Positions 4,375 to 12,427 of a stretch of DNA of 19,509 nt are shown one piece after another; the first letter of the stretch is position 1; every line of letters starts with the position of its first letter. The translations under genes and the position numbers were made by a program. Below the pieces are notes generated by a model. It made no database searches. It worked only from the letters and a program-made list of their open reading frames with translations, and was not told the origin of the DNA. The DNA is from a virus: IMG/VR virus record IMGVR_UViG_3300045988_079527, positions 1-19,509 of that record; one strand, written 5' to 3'.

Positions 4375-6117
4375 ATGATTTCACAAACAATTGCAAAACC
4401 ATCTTACGTTAAAACTAAAGCTTTCGGTCTTTGTGGCACGCTCGCACTTGCTACAGCTCTATTGATTGGAGCTGGTCAAGTATCAGCGGATGAAATAACA
4501 CAGCCAGTAGTTGACGCTCAACCAGCGGTGTCTAATGTGTACACGGCTGACAATGCCGGCAATGTTACTGTGACACCGTCTGAAACAGTGGTACCGACAG
4601 AAACGCCGGTAGCAACTACAGAAGTAGCTACACCAGCACCAGCAACAACTACAGAGGTAGCTCAACCAGTAGCAGAAACACCGGCAGCACCTACAAGCGT
4701 GACTAAAGAGGGTGACACTATCACCGTCGAAAACCCTAACGTGCAAGTGGACTTTCCTAATGGCACTGGTAAATATAACCCGTTTGAAGTGGAATACAAA
4801 GATATCAACTTCCCAGACGATATGGCGATCAATGAAGGTGACAAAGTTGTAACTGAACTACCTAAAGAAATTGGTTTGCAGACTAGCTTTGATTTCGACG
4901 TTTACAACAACGAGAATGTCGTTGGTAAAGCCAACGCTGACGCTCAGACACGAGTGATCACAACGACATTTAACAATTATTTCACTGAGCACCCTTTGAA
5001 TAAAAAGATGTCTTTAAAATTCGATGCGAAATGGCTTGATGTCGTTGAACCGGGTAAACCAGTAACAGTGAATTTCGACGGTACTGTTAAGACATTCACC
5101 ATTGGTGAAGAAGGACCGCTTCCAACAGACGAGCTTCTTTCAAAATGGGGTAGCCAAAATAAAGATAACCCACAAATCATCAATTGGACCTTGCGTCTTA
5201 ACACTGCCCGCCAAGTGCTTAACAATGCATTATTGTCTGATACTTGGTCAGATAATCAAGAGTTCGTTGACGGCTCACAAAATATCTACTTCGTTGAGAA
5301 TCCTGTTAAGTGGACTGGCATTGATTATTCAGCTAAGGATTACCTTGAAAGCTGGAATGTTAGAGCAGACGGCTTTGATGCGAAATTCAAAGAGTTTAAC
5401 CGCATCATGTACATCGATTACCAAACACGCTTGAAATCAGCGGTTAAAGACTCAACTAATCCGACTAACAAGGCTACGCTGGTAGCGGTAGATGCTGGGG
5501 CTATCTCAACATCTAAGGTTCAATTGGTTGGTGGTCGTGGTGACGCAAGCGGTGAAAACAAACCAGAACCAACCTTTGAAATTCCACACGACGCACCTAA
5601 AGTTGACATCCCAGAATTTGAGGGTGGCATCCCTGGAATTCCAGAGGTACGAGAATTGCCAGAGTACACTGAGCCAATCGGAACAGTTCCTAATGAAGCC
5701 CCAGTACATGATAAGCCAGAGTTCCAAGGTGGTATCCCTGGTATTCCAGAAGAACGTGAGCTCCCACCATTTGAAGGTGGCGTAGTGCCAAACGATGCCC
5801 CTGTCCTTGACTTGCCAGAATTGAAAATCCCAGAGGAACCAACTAAACCGACACCAGAGAAACCAGTGACACCGAAAAAAGTACCTAGCAAACCCGTAGA
5901 CGCTCCGAAAGCGAAAGAGGCGGAATCCGCCACAGTATCTTATAAGCTCGATTCTGAGCCAAAAGAAGTGGCAAATACGACGGTTTACGGTGGCACTCTT
6001 CCAAACGCTGGTGAAAAAGAAGGAATTGCTAGCACTCTTGGTCTAGCAGTTATCGCTGTTGGTATCGCAGGTTTGACATTGAGCTTTAAGAAATATAACG
6101 AAGGTGAAGGAGAATAA
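4375..6117 (+). CDS. Secreted cell-surface adhesin-like protein (MSCRAMM-like), 580 aa, with an LPNAG-type C-terminal anchor
   Basis: SD AAGGAG precedes the ATG. The signal peptide ends in LLIGAGQVSA/DE and is followed by a T/P/A/V-rich spacer. The core contains RVITTTFNNYF (compare the MSCRAMM TYTFTDYVD motif) and IINWTLRLN (compare Cna/Sdr-type motifs). Three Pro-rich repeats of about 35 aa follow. The C-terminus has LPNAG, a hydrophobic stretch of about 24 aa, and then KK. Confidence 0.85.
   Translation: MISQTIAKPSYVKTKAFGLCGTLALATALLIGAGQVSADEITQPVVDAQPAVSNVYTADNAGNVTVTPSETVVPTETPVATTEVATPAPATTTEVAQPVAETPAAPTSVTKEGDTITVENPNVQVDFPNGTGKYNPFEVEYKDINFPDDMAINEGDKVVTELPKEIGLQTSFDFDVYNNENVVGKANADAQTRVITTTFNNYFTEHPLNKKMSLKFDAKWLDVVEPGKPVTVNFDGTVKTFTIGEEGPLPTDELLSKWGSQNKDNPQIINWTLRLNTARQVLNNALLSDTWSDNQEFVDGSQNIYFVENPVKWTGIDYSAKDYLESWNVRADGFDAKFKEFNRIMYIDYQTRLKSAVKDSTNPTNKATLVAVDAGAISTSKVQLVGGRGDASGENKPEPTFEIPHDAPKVDIPEFEGGIPGIPEVRELPEYTEPIGTVPNEAPVHDKPEFQGGIPGIPEERELPPFEGGVVPNDAPVLDLPELKIPEEPTKPTPEKPVTPKKVPSKPVDAPKAKEAESATVSYKLDSEPKEVANTTVYGGTLPNAGEKEGIASTLGLAVIAVGIAGLTLSFKKYNEGEGE
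5590..5830 (+). repeat. Three degenerate tandem coding repeats of about 100-105 nt (D/E-A-P-x-x-D-x-P-E-F/L-x-G-G-I-P-G-I-P-E)
   Basis: The units start near 5590, 5695 and 5793. The peptides are APKVDIPEFEGGIPGIPEVRELP, APVHDKPEFQGGIPGIPEERELP and APVLDLPELKIPEEP. Confidence 0.8.
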
Positions 6118-6119
6118 TC

Positions 6120-6440
6120 ATGAAAGAAAACAATAAACAAGTCATATTTTACAGCGCTGAAAAAGATGGGTTCCTTAAAAGTTACAAAGATAGAGGAAAC
6201 CTAGTTTTCGCAGCGACATTTACTGACCGTTTGAGAGACGCACTATACTTGCCAGTTGAACCATATGAGGAACAAAAAACTGAAATCGACAAACTTGCTG
6301 AAGCGTTTGACTGCGAAGTGCTTATCGTAGAAGCCGAGTATAACGTTACTAAACTTGACGGTTCGGGCTTTGAATGCACGGAGCGTGAAGAATCCATGAA
6401 AGATGGTATCAAAGCACCCCTAGAATTTTTGGCGAAGTAA
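6120..6440 (+). CDS. Hypothetical acidic protein, 106 aa, coupled to the adhesin gene
   Basis: Its ATG lies 2 nt after the adhesin stop (GGAGAATAATCATG). I recognise no family. Confidence 0.65.
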   Translation: MKENNKQVIFYSAEKDGFLKSYKDRGNLVFAATFTDRLRDALYLPVEPYEEQKTEIDKLAEAFDCEVLIVEAEYNVTKLDGSGFECTEREESMKDGIKAPLEFLAK

Positions 6441-6515
6441 CAGAACGTGAAGTGGCGGGAGGGTAGGCATTAATTATGGCAGATAATCAGAAATACTATA
6501 GCGCAGGAGGTACAA

Positions 6516-7295
6516 ATGGGGAACCGTAGAATGATAAGTAAAACCGTAACTCAAACGCATCGTTTTCTACGCTTGCCGCTAGAAGCTCAAGCTCTTTATT
6601 TCCATCTTATCCAAAATTGCGACGATGATGGAGTGGTGGAAGCGTTCCCTATTCTCAGAATGATAGGGGCTAACGAGGATAATCTAGGGCTTTTAGTTAT
6701 CAAACAATTCGTAAAACCTCTTAATGATGAAATGGTCTATTTCGTGGTTGATTTTCACGAACAAAACACTGTCAGAAAAGATAGGTATGTTCCTAGCATT
6801 TACAAAGAGTTACTAGAGGAAAACACCGATGAAACCACTGGTAAACCACCGGTAAACCAAACGGAAACCACTGGTTTACCCAATATAAGTAAAGATAATG
6901 AAAGTAAATATAATTTAAGTAAATCTAACAGTAGAGAGGATGAAACATCAGAAATTAGTCAATTTTCTTCTTCTGCTGCTGACGACCAATCAGATTTTAA
7001 TATTTTCAGACATTATCAAGAACGAATCGGGCCTATTGATGGCTACCAAATGGAAAAGCTAAAAGGTTATATCGATTTCGATAAGCTAGAAATCATGTTA
7101 GTCAAACGTGCCATTGATAGAGCCGCCGACAACTCGAAACGCTCATTTGGATATGTCAACTCTATTTTAAAATCTTGGGCACAAAACGGGATTCATACCG
7201 TTGCCCAGCAAGATGAAGAACAACGTCAATTTGACAGTCGTAAAAGTTTTGATGATCAACCGGTTAAATTCGGCCCAGCTTGCAGCAAATACTAG
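6516..7295 (+). CDS. Phage replisome organizer (N-terminal organizer domain plus DnaD-like C-terminal domain)
   Basis: SD AGGAGG precedes the ATG. The N-terminus reads HRFLRLPLEAQALYFHLIQNCDDDGVV. The C-terminus reads FRHYQERIGPI...SFGYVNSILKSWAQNGIHTV, which is DnaD/DnaB_2-like. The central segment is low-complexity and carries iterons. Confidence 0.8.
   Translation: MGNRRMISKTVTQTHRFLRLPLEAQALYFHLIQNCDDDGVVEAFPILRMIGANEDNLGLLVIKQFVKPLNDEMVYFVVDFHEQNTVRKDRYVPSIYKELLEENTDETTGKPPVNQTETTGLPNISKDNESKYNLSKSNSREDETSEISQFSSSAADDQSDFNIFRHYQERIGPIDGYQMEKLKGYIDFDKLEIMLVKRAIDRAADNSKRSFGYVNSILKSWAQNGIHTVAQQDEEQRQFDSRKSFDDQPVKFGPACSKY
6831..6923. repeat. Ori-like iteron cluster inside the replisome organizer gene
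   Basis: GAAACCACTGGT occurs twice (6831-6842, 6864-6875). GGTAAACCA occurs twice (6840-6848, 6851-6859), with the inverted TGGTTTACC at 6872-6880. An A/T-rich triple repeat of AAGTAAA follows, spaced exactly 15 nt apart (6887, 6902, 6917). Confidence 0.6.
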
Positions 7296-7306
7296 AGGTG
7301 ATATCT

Positions 7307-8089
7307 ATGAGTTTAGAGCAAACAGCCAAGCAAATGCGAAGGCAGTACATGAAGCCTAGCGATAAATACTGCGACAAGCACCAACGGCACTATGTCACGA
7401 TTCAGTTTCCTAACTCAAAACCCTACACAGTGTGTGAACTATGCCATCGGGAAGAACAAGATCAACAGAATGCCATCAAAGCACAAGAGCAGTATGAGCG
7501 TGAGCAAGAGCAAAAACGCTTATACTTTCTCAAAGATTTCAGCTTGCTGGATGATGATTTAAAAACTGCTAGCTTTGACAACTACAAGGCGGTAACCAGA
7601 GAGCAGAAAGAAGACTTGAAGAATGTTAGAAGTCAACTTAAAGGCTATCTGGACGGTCAAGACTACAATATTGTGCTTATCGGAGATACTGGAGTGGGCA
7701 AAAGCCATCTAGCTTATTCAGCACTTAAAGCCTTGTCTGATCACACGAAGAAGATGGGGTTATTTATAAACGTGGTTGACCTATTAGCCAAAATCAAAGA
7801 GGATTTCAGTCTCGAAGCTGAATATATCAGACGCATATCGGAAGCTGAATGGCTAGTGCTCGACGATTTAGGCACTGAAAAAGTGACAGAGTGGTCTAAC
7901 GGTATCTTGTACAGCATTTTAAACAAACGTACCAAGACTATCATCACTACTAACCTAAGTCCACGGGACATCATGGGCACTTATGGTAAACGTGTCTATT
8001 CTCGAGTTTTTAAGAAGACAGGACTTGGAACGACGAATGAGCATGTTTATCAATTCAAGACACAACAAGATAAGAGGATGATGCTTTGA
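7307..8089 (+). CDS. DnaC/IstB-like AAA+ helicase loader
   Basis: SD AGAGGTG precedes ATG 7307. Walker A is LIGDTGVGKSHL and Walker B is WLVLDDLGTE. The N-terminus has Cys/His pairs (CDKH...CELCH). Confidence 0.8.
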   Translation: MSLEQTAKQMRRQYMKPSDKYCDKHQRHYVTIQFPNSKPYTVCELCHREEQDQQNAIKAQEQYEREQEQKRLYFLKDFSLLDDDLKTASFDNYKAVTREQKEDLKNVRSQLKGYLDGQDYNIVLIGDTGVGKSHLAYSALKALSDHTKKMGLFINVVDLLAKIKEDFSLEAEYIRRISEAEWLVLDDLGTEKVTEWSNGILYSILNKRTKTIITTNLSPRDIMGTYGKRVYSRVFKKTGLGTTNEHVYQFKTQQDKRMML

Positions 8090-8268
8090 CAGAAACGGAA
8101 GTAAAACTAAAACTCTTTGAAGACTACGAGCGCATTCATGGGCTTGTGTTCTCGGAAGAGCACAAACAAAAAATGATGGACGATTTAGATTTGTATTCGT
8201 TCATCGAGAAAATTAACGAATATATGTATTTTGCTAAGAAATCAACGCAGATTTTTGGAACACACTAA
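8086..8268 (+). CDS. Hypothetical protein, 60 aa (TTG start overlapping the upstream stop)
   Basis: SD AAGAGGA lies about 8 nt upstream of the TTG. The only other support is its position. Confidence 0.5.
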   Translation: MTETEVKLKLFEDYERIHGLVFSEEHKQKMMDDLDLYSFIEKINEYMYFAKKSTQIFGTH

Positions 8269-8395
8269 AACCCCTCTAATTTCGATTTTAAGGCGTGCAA
8301 GCTAACACCTAGTCTATTTATGCTAGGACACCATTAAAATCGCACTATACCCACTTAAAATGCGAAATAAGGGTATTCGAGAAAGGAATAATAAC

Positions 8396-9130
8396 ATGAC
8401 AAACCAAATTCAAGAACACAAAGGCGATTTTTTAACGAATCCACAATTAATTACAGCTAACGTGGTTAGACAGTACCTTGACCCACAAGGAAAAGCAAAC
8501 AATGAAGAACTAGCCTACTTTATTGCCACTTGCAAAGAGCGAAACTTAAATCCGTTCACTAAAGAGGTCTATTTCATCAAATACGGGAACAACCCCGCTC
8601 AGATTGTAGTATCAAAAGATGCCTTTATGAAACGTGCCGAACAAAACCCAAATTTTGACGGTTTTGAAGCCGGTGTAGTAGTAGAAACTGCCGAAGGTGA
8701 AACCAAGCATATCACTGGTACGATTCATGGCAAGAATGACACCCTTTTAGGCGGCTGGGCAAAGGTTTATCGTAAAGATCGTAGCTATCCTATTGAAACA
8801 GACGCTGACTTTAAAGCGTACAATACAGGCAAATCAATGTGGGCTAAAATGCCGGGGCTCATGATCCGAAAAGTAGCGCTAGTATCGGCAATGCGTGAAG
8901 CGTTTAGCGAAAACGTGGGCGGTCTATATACTGCTGACGAAATGGAGCAATCAGCACCTATTGATATCACTCCACAAGAAACGCAAGAAGAAGTGAAAGC
9001 TCGTAAGATGCAACAAATCGAGCAAATGCAGCAAGAAGAAACCGAGCGACAGCGTGAAGCAGAACTAGAACAAACCTATCAAGAAGCGCAAAGTCAAACC
9101 GAAGAACAAATTGAATTGCCGTTTACTTAA
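8396..9130 (+). CDS. RecT/Bet-family single-strand annealing recombinase
   Basis: SD GAAAGGA precedes ATG 8396. The conserved region reads ELAYFIATCKERNLNPFTKEVYFIKYGNNPAQIVVSKDAFMKRAEQNPNFDGFEAGVVV. The C-terminal tail is acidic and Q/E-rich. Confidence 0.8.
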   Translation: MTNQIQEHKGDFLTNPQLITANVVRQYLDPQGKANNEELAYFIATCKERNLNPFTKEVYFIKYGNNPAQIVVSKDAFMKRAEQNPNFDGFEAGVVVETAEGETKHITGTIHGKNDTLLGGWAKVYRKDRSYPIETDADFKAYNTGKSMWAKMPGLMIRKVALVSAMREAFSENVGGLYTADEMEQSAPIDITPQETQEEVKARKMQQIEQMQQEETERQREAELEQTYQEAQSQTEEQIELPFT

Positions 9131-9141
9131 GAGGATAAGCC

Positions 9142-10158
9142 ATGAAAGAAGCAGAAAAAATTAACACACTAGACAACATTGAAATCACATTTGAACCCGC
9201 AAAAGTTACGTTTAATGACTTTGAAGCCTTTGAAAAAGGAATCGAACAAGCCATAGCTCAGTATGGCACGTTTGACCTTGAAGTCAATTCAATTGAGGAA
9301 GTCAAAAAAGCTAGGACTGACTTGAACAAGTTGAGCAAGAGCTTGGAAGATAAGCGCAAGGGAATTAAGGGCGCTATTAATAAGCCTTACGCTGAATTTG
9401 AAAAAGCGTACAAAACACCTTACAGCAAACTAAAAGGCTTGATTGATGAACTTAAGAATCAGATTGATAGTTACGAGCAAAACCAAAAAGAACTCCGAAA
9501 AGATGCAGTTAGACAATGGTTTAAAGCGAAAGCTGAGGAAGGTAATCTCAATCCAGATGTCTTTGAGCAATACTTGGATGATTACAGCAAGGGTACTCAA
9601 TTCAAGAAAGATACTTTTACACTCTTAAAGAAAACTGAGGGAGAGCTTGAAAAGATTGTCATTGACGAAATCAACAAGCAAAATCAGAAAGACCAAGACA
9701 TGCTTGTTATCACTGGTCAATGCGCTAGTAATAACCTAGGGCCTGCCACTTACGTCAGAATGTACGAAAACGGGGCTTCACTAGCCGAAGTGTTGAATAG
9801 CATTAACCAAGATGTGGAAAGCGCTAGATTATTCAAAGAACAACAAGAAGCCAAAGCAAAAGCTGAAGCTGAACGACAAGCAGAGCTTGAACGTCAAGCG
9901 AAGGAAAATGCGCAAGCCCAAATCAAGGCGTATAACACCGAAACGGGCGAGATAATCGAAGACGGTATAAATAACCTCAGACAAGAAACAAGCACCGTAC
10001 AAGCAAAACCAGAGGGTAATAACGTCAAATACGCTACGACAATTAAGTTTGTGTTCGACTTAGAGCAAGCTAAAGCATTTAAAGAGTGGTTGAATGCTCA
10101 TGATATCGGGTTTGAAACTGTGGAAGGAATGAAGGAGGTAGAAGATGGAAATAACTAA
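9142..10158 (+). CDS. DUF1351-like phage protein (coiled-coil rich), commonly paired with annealases
   Basis: SD AAGAGGA precedes the ATG. It sits directly after recT. The N-terminal pattern IEITFEPAKVTFNDFEAFEKGIEQAIAQY...ARTDLNKL is recalled from the DUF1351 family and has not been verified. Confidence 0.6.
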   Translation: MKEAEKINTLDNIEITFEPAKVTFNDFEAFEKGIEQAIAQYGTFDLEVNSIEEVKKARTDLNKLSKSLEDKRKGIKGAINKPYAEFEKAYKTPYSKLKGLIDELKNQIDSYEQNQKELRKDAVRQWFKAKAEEGNLNPDVFEQYLDDYSKGTQFKKDTFTLLKKTEGELEKIVIDEINKQNQKDQDMLVITGQCASNNLGPATYVRMYENGASLAEVLNSINQDVESARLFKEQQEAKAKAEAERQAELERQAKENAQAQIKAYNTETGEIIEDGINNLRQETSTVQAKPEGNNVKYATTIKFVFDLEQAKAFKEWLNAHDIGFETVEGMKEVEDGNN

Positions 10159-10543
10159 TAAAGGCTATATCAATTTTAACGACAAATATAACGACAAAGA
10201 GGCGAACTATTGCACAGCCTCCATGAGTTTCTATAACGGGAAGGATGAAGGAGGTAGCTATAAAAGCGGTTATATTGGCGTTATCGCTTTCGGTGAATTA
10301 GGAGATGCTCTTTTTAACAGCGTCGGGAAATTAGTAACAGTTTCCGGGTATTACCGGCTAAAAGAATATGGGGACAAAAAATACCCACAAGTGGTTATTA
10401 CAGCTATCGACAACAACCAAGGAAACTATGGAAATCAAGGTAGCTACAATCAACAACCGCAACAACAAACGCCAAACTTTGGGCGTAATAACCAAATGCA
10501 AGGTAATCCGTTGGACATCAGTAGCGATGATTTACCCTTCTAA
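10145..10543 (+). CDS. ssb: Single-stranded DNA-binding protein (divergent OB region, canonical acidic tail)
   Basis: SD GAAGGAGG precedes the ATG. A G/Q/N-rich linker is followed by the C-terminal DISSDDLPF, the hallmark SSB tip. Confidence 0.7.
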   Translation: MEITNKGYINFNDKYNDKEANYCTASMSFYNGKDEGGSYKSGYIGVIAFGELGDALFNSVGKLVTVSGYYRLKEYGDKKYPQVVITAIDNNQGNYGNQGSYNQQPQQQTPNFGRNNQMQGNPLDISSDDLPF

Positions 10544-10552
10544 GGTGTTCTT

Positions 10553-10957
10553 ATGGAAAGATTGATTTTAAAATTCGAGCTTGATAGAAAGCAAATGATC
10601 TCAGCGAATGACAGACTACACTTTCAGAAAAAGGCTAAAATCACAAAATTTCTAAGACAGCTAGCGTATTACGAAGGTCGAAACACCTTACTTGATTATT
10701 TTGGCTTGCCTTTTAACGAGAAAAAGCCTTGTAAGGTGATAGTTTGGATATTCGCCCCGACAAATCGAAAATATGACCCGCCAAACTGGTCACCAACTAG
10801 CAAGGCGCTTTTGGATGGTTTGACGGATGCAAACTTTTGGACGGATGATAATTACCACGTTATCAAATCAACAGATTTCAGACACGGTGGCAAGTCGGGA
10901 AACAAGAAATACAGAATTGAGCTTGAAATTGAGGAACTAGATGAAGGCGAAAGTTAA
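10553..10957 (+). CDS. RusA-like Holliday junction resolvase
   Basis: It contains SANDRLHFQKKAKITK and YDPPNWSPTSKALLDGLTDANFWTDDN, which resemble RusA catalytic-region patterns. Its position after ssb also fits. Confidence 0.6.
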   Translation: MERLILKFELDRKQMISANDRLHFQKKAKITKFLRQLAYYEGRNTLLDYFGLPFNEKKPCKVIVWIFAPTNRKYDPPNWSPTSKALLDGLTDANFWTDDNYHVIKSTDFRHGGKSGNKKYRIELEIEELDEGES

Positions 10958-11177
10958 AGACAAACTGGTCGGTGTATACGCTCCAGGTAACTATGATCAT
11001 ACAAGCGTGTTAGATCAGACACAAGCATTTTCAAGGTGGTTTTGGTCTAATCGCAAGGATATGGAACTTATTAGCATTAAGCTAGGTATCGACATTAAGA
11101 AGCTCAATCGTATTCTGACACTGGAGCAGTTACCGGATGAAGAATCACTAACGAGGATGATGAAACTATGCAAGTAA
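10941..11177 (+). CDS. Hypothetical protein, 78 aa
   Basis: SD GAGGAA precedes the ATG. It overlaps both neighbouring genes. Confidence 0.6.
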   Translation: MKAKVKDKLVGVYAPGNYDHTSVLDQTQAFSRWFWSNRKDMELISIKLGIDIKKLNRILTLEQLPDEESLTRMMKLCK

Positions 11178-11338
11178 AAGAGCATGCCTTATACAAAGGT
11201 GAAGAGCTACTGGCGATAGGCACTAAACGTGAAATTGCTGAACAATTAGGCGTGTCAGCTAGCACCGTTGGTTACTATGGCACGCCGGTATATGCTCGAA
11301 GGACTAGCGAGAATGGAAGGAGATTAATAAAGCTATGA
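11168..11338 (+). CDS. Small HTH-like protein, 56 aa
   Basis: ATG 11168 overlaps the end of the upstream gene. The sequence TKREIAEQLGVSASTVGYY looks like an HTH. An ATGA overlap links it to the next gene. It is below the track length cutoff. Confidence 0.55.
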   Translation: MQVKEHALYKGEELLAIGTKREIAEQLGVSASTVGYYGTPVYARRTSENGRRLIKL

Positions 11339-11550
11339 CAAGTATTAGACTGCAAAATCCATACATGGATCAAACTATCAAGGTGGAAGAAGATTATAAA
11401 TATATTCTGAACATGCTGAAATGGATTGAGCAAGGCGATGTGAATTATCTTTATTTACAGCAGATTGAGCCAGAAGAAAGAATAATAACTATCAGCCCTA
11501 AGAATTTCGCAAAGATTGATTATTACGAAGTAGAGGAGACAGAATCATGA
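11335..11550 (+). CDS. Hypothetical protein, 71 aa
   Basis: SD GGAAGGAG lies upstream. It has ATGA coupling at both ends. Confidence 0.6.
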   Translation: MTSIRLQNPYMDQTIKVEEDYKYILNMLKWIEQGDVNYLYLQQIEPEERIITISPKNFAKIDYYEVEETES

Positions 11551-11702
11551 AATATAAAGTTATCGTATACTACGACAACATAGAAGACAGTGAGCATGTT
11601 TTCAGCAATAAAAACGATGCGATTAATGAATTACACAGATTGAAATTGAAATATCGCAATGCAAGGAAGTATAAGGTGGGAATGGTGGAAATTGATGATT
11701 AG
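11547..11702 (+). CDS. Small hypothetical protein, 51 aa
   Basis: SD GGAGGAGA lies upstream. It has an ATGA overlap with the previous stop. It is below the track length cutoff. Confidence 0.5.
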   Translation: MKYKVIVYYDNIEDSEHVFSNKNDAINELHRLKLKYRNARKYKVGMVEIDD

Positions 11703-11905
11703 AACGAAGTATTTACGTGAGAGAACTGACACTTTTAACCACCTAGAAATTGATGAATTAATCAATAATTTTCTTGCAGAAAACCCAAATATAGAAAATT
11801 ATTGATATTAAATATCAATCTAATGTGGCGTTAGCAATCTATGAATATGACTTTCGTAGAGCATATGATACATCAGCATTAATCATCTATAAGGAGTTGA
11901 ATTAG
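11695..11905 (+). pseudogene. Cse60/DUF2758-like small protein, frame broken at the A4 run 11795-11798
   Basis: ORF 11695-11805 encodes MIRTKYLRERTDTFNHLEIDELINNFLAENPNIENY*. The +1 frame continues as IDIKYQSNVALAIYEYDFRRAYDTSALIIYKELN to the stop at 11903-11905. Removing one A restores a single 69-aa protein with the family pattern ...FL...DIKYQ...SALIIY. Confidence 0.6.
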
Positions 11906-12427
11906 ATGGATAGAAATGAAGCAATAAGCCGAGAAGAAGCGGTACGGACAATATCAAGGATATCTGGTGGTTCTGTATCATACGCAGAGGACCTATATGA
12001 TTCTTTCTTCCCTAAACCAATCGTTCCGCAATGTGTGGCGGATTGGTATGAGGAACATAAGAATGACTTAAATGAGGATATTTGGGCATACCTTACAAGC
12101 TGGGCTGATACGAAATGGGACGAGTTCAAATACTGGATGTACCATACTGGCAGGAACAAAGCCATCACTACCCTCGCAAACATGCACCAGTTCGGCTACG
12201 AGGTCGATAAAGGGCCTAGATATACGGTTAGAGTGAAAGGAATAAAAGGGGATAAGCAGTGGTTGGTTTTCAGCGAATTGACGGAGTGCTGGTGGTTTGG
12301 TACCAAGGAAGATTCTCACTATGTCGTTCTTGAACACACCCACAAAGAACTTGAAGCGAACGGCTTCGGGTGGGTGTTTGACTGCGAAGGCGTTGAAGTG
12401 AAAGAGGTGGACGATGAAAACGATTAA
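11906..12427 (+). CDS. DUF1642-like phage protein, 173 aa
   Basis: SD AAGGAG precedes the ATG. The patterns VPQCVADWYEEHK, GYEVDKGPRYTVRVKG and HTHKELEANGFGWVF match my recollection of streptococcal-phage DUF1642 proteins. Confidence 0.65.
   Translation: MDRNEAISREEAVRTISRISGGSVSYAEDLYDSFFPKPIVPQCVADWYEEHKNDLNEDIWAYLTSWADTKWDEFKYWMYHTGRNKAITTLANMHQFGYEVDKGPRYTVRVKGIKGDKQWLVFSELTECWWFGTKEDSHYVVLEHTHKELEANGFGWVFDCEGVEVKEVDDEND

Noticed and set aside
4483-5933. Several ORFs of 60-137 aa in other frames or antisense within the adhesin gene (4483-4746, 4662-4844, 4977-5225, 5102-5434, 5492-5785, 5506-5727, 5520-5933)
   Set aside because: They lie entirely inside a strongly supported 580-aa CDS. 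Their translations are Cys/Arg/Trp/Ser-rich and low-complexity, typical of off-frame reading of a repetitive Thr/Pro/Ala-rich gene. None has an SD.
8283-8342. Nested inverted repeats upstream of recT (CGATTTTAA / TTAAAATCG flanking CCTAG...CTAGG)
   Set aside because: The arms are short (9 bp and 5 bp) and A/T-rich. There is no T run for a terminator and no repeat elsewhere. It is plausibly an ordinary intergenic hairpin, with too little evidence for a specific call.
9443-10565. Internal alternative-frame ORFs 9443-9628 and 10368-10565
   Set aside because: They are embedded in or overlap confidently assigned genes (DUF1351-like, ssb). They have no SD, and their translations are basic and low-complexity.
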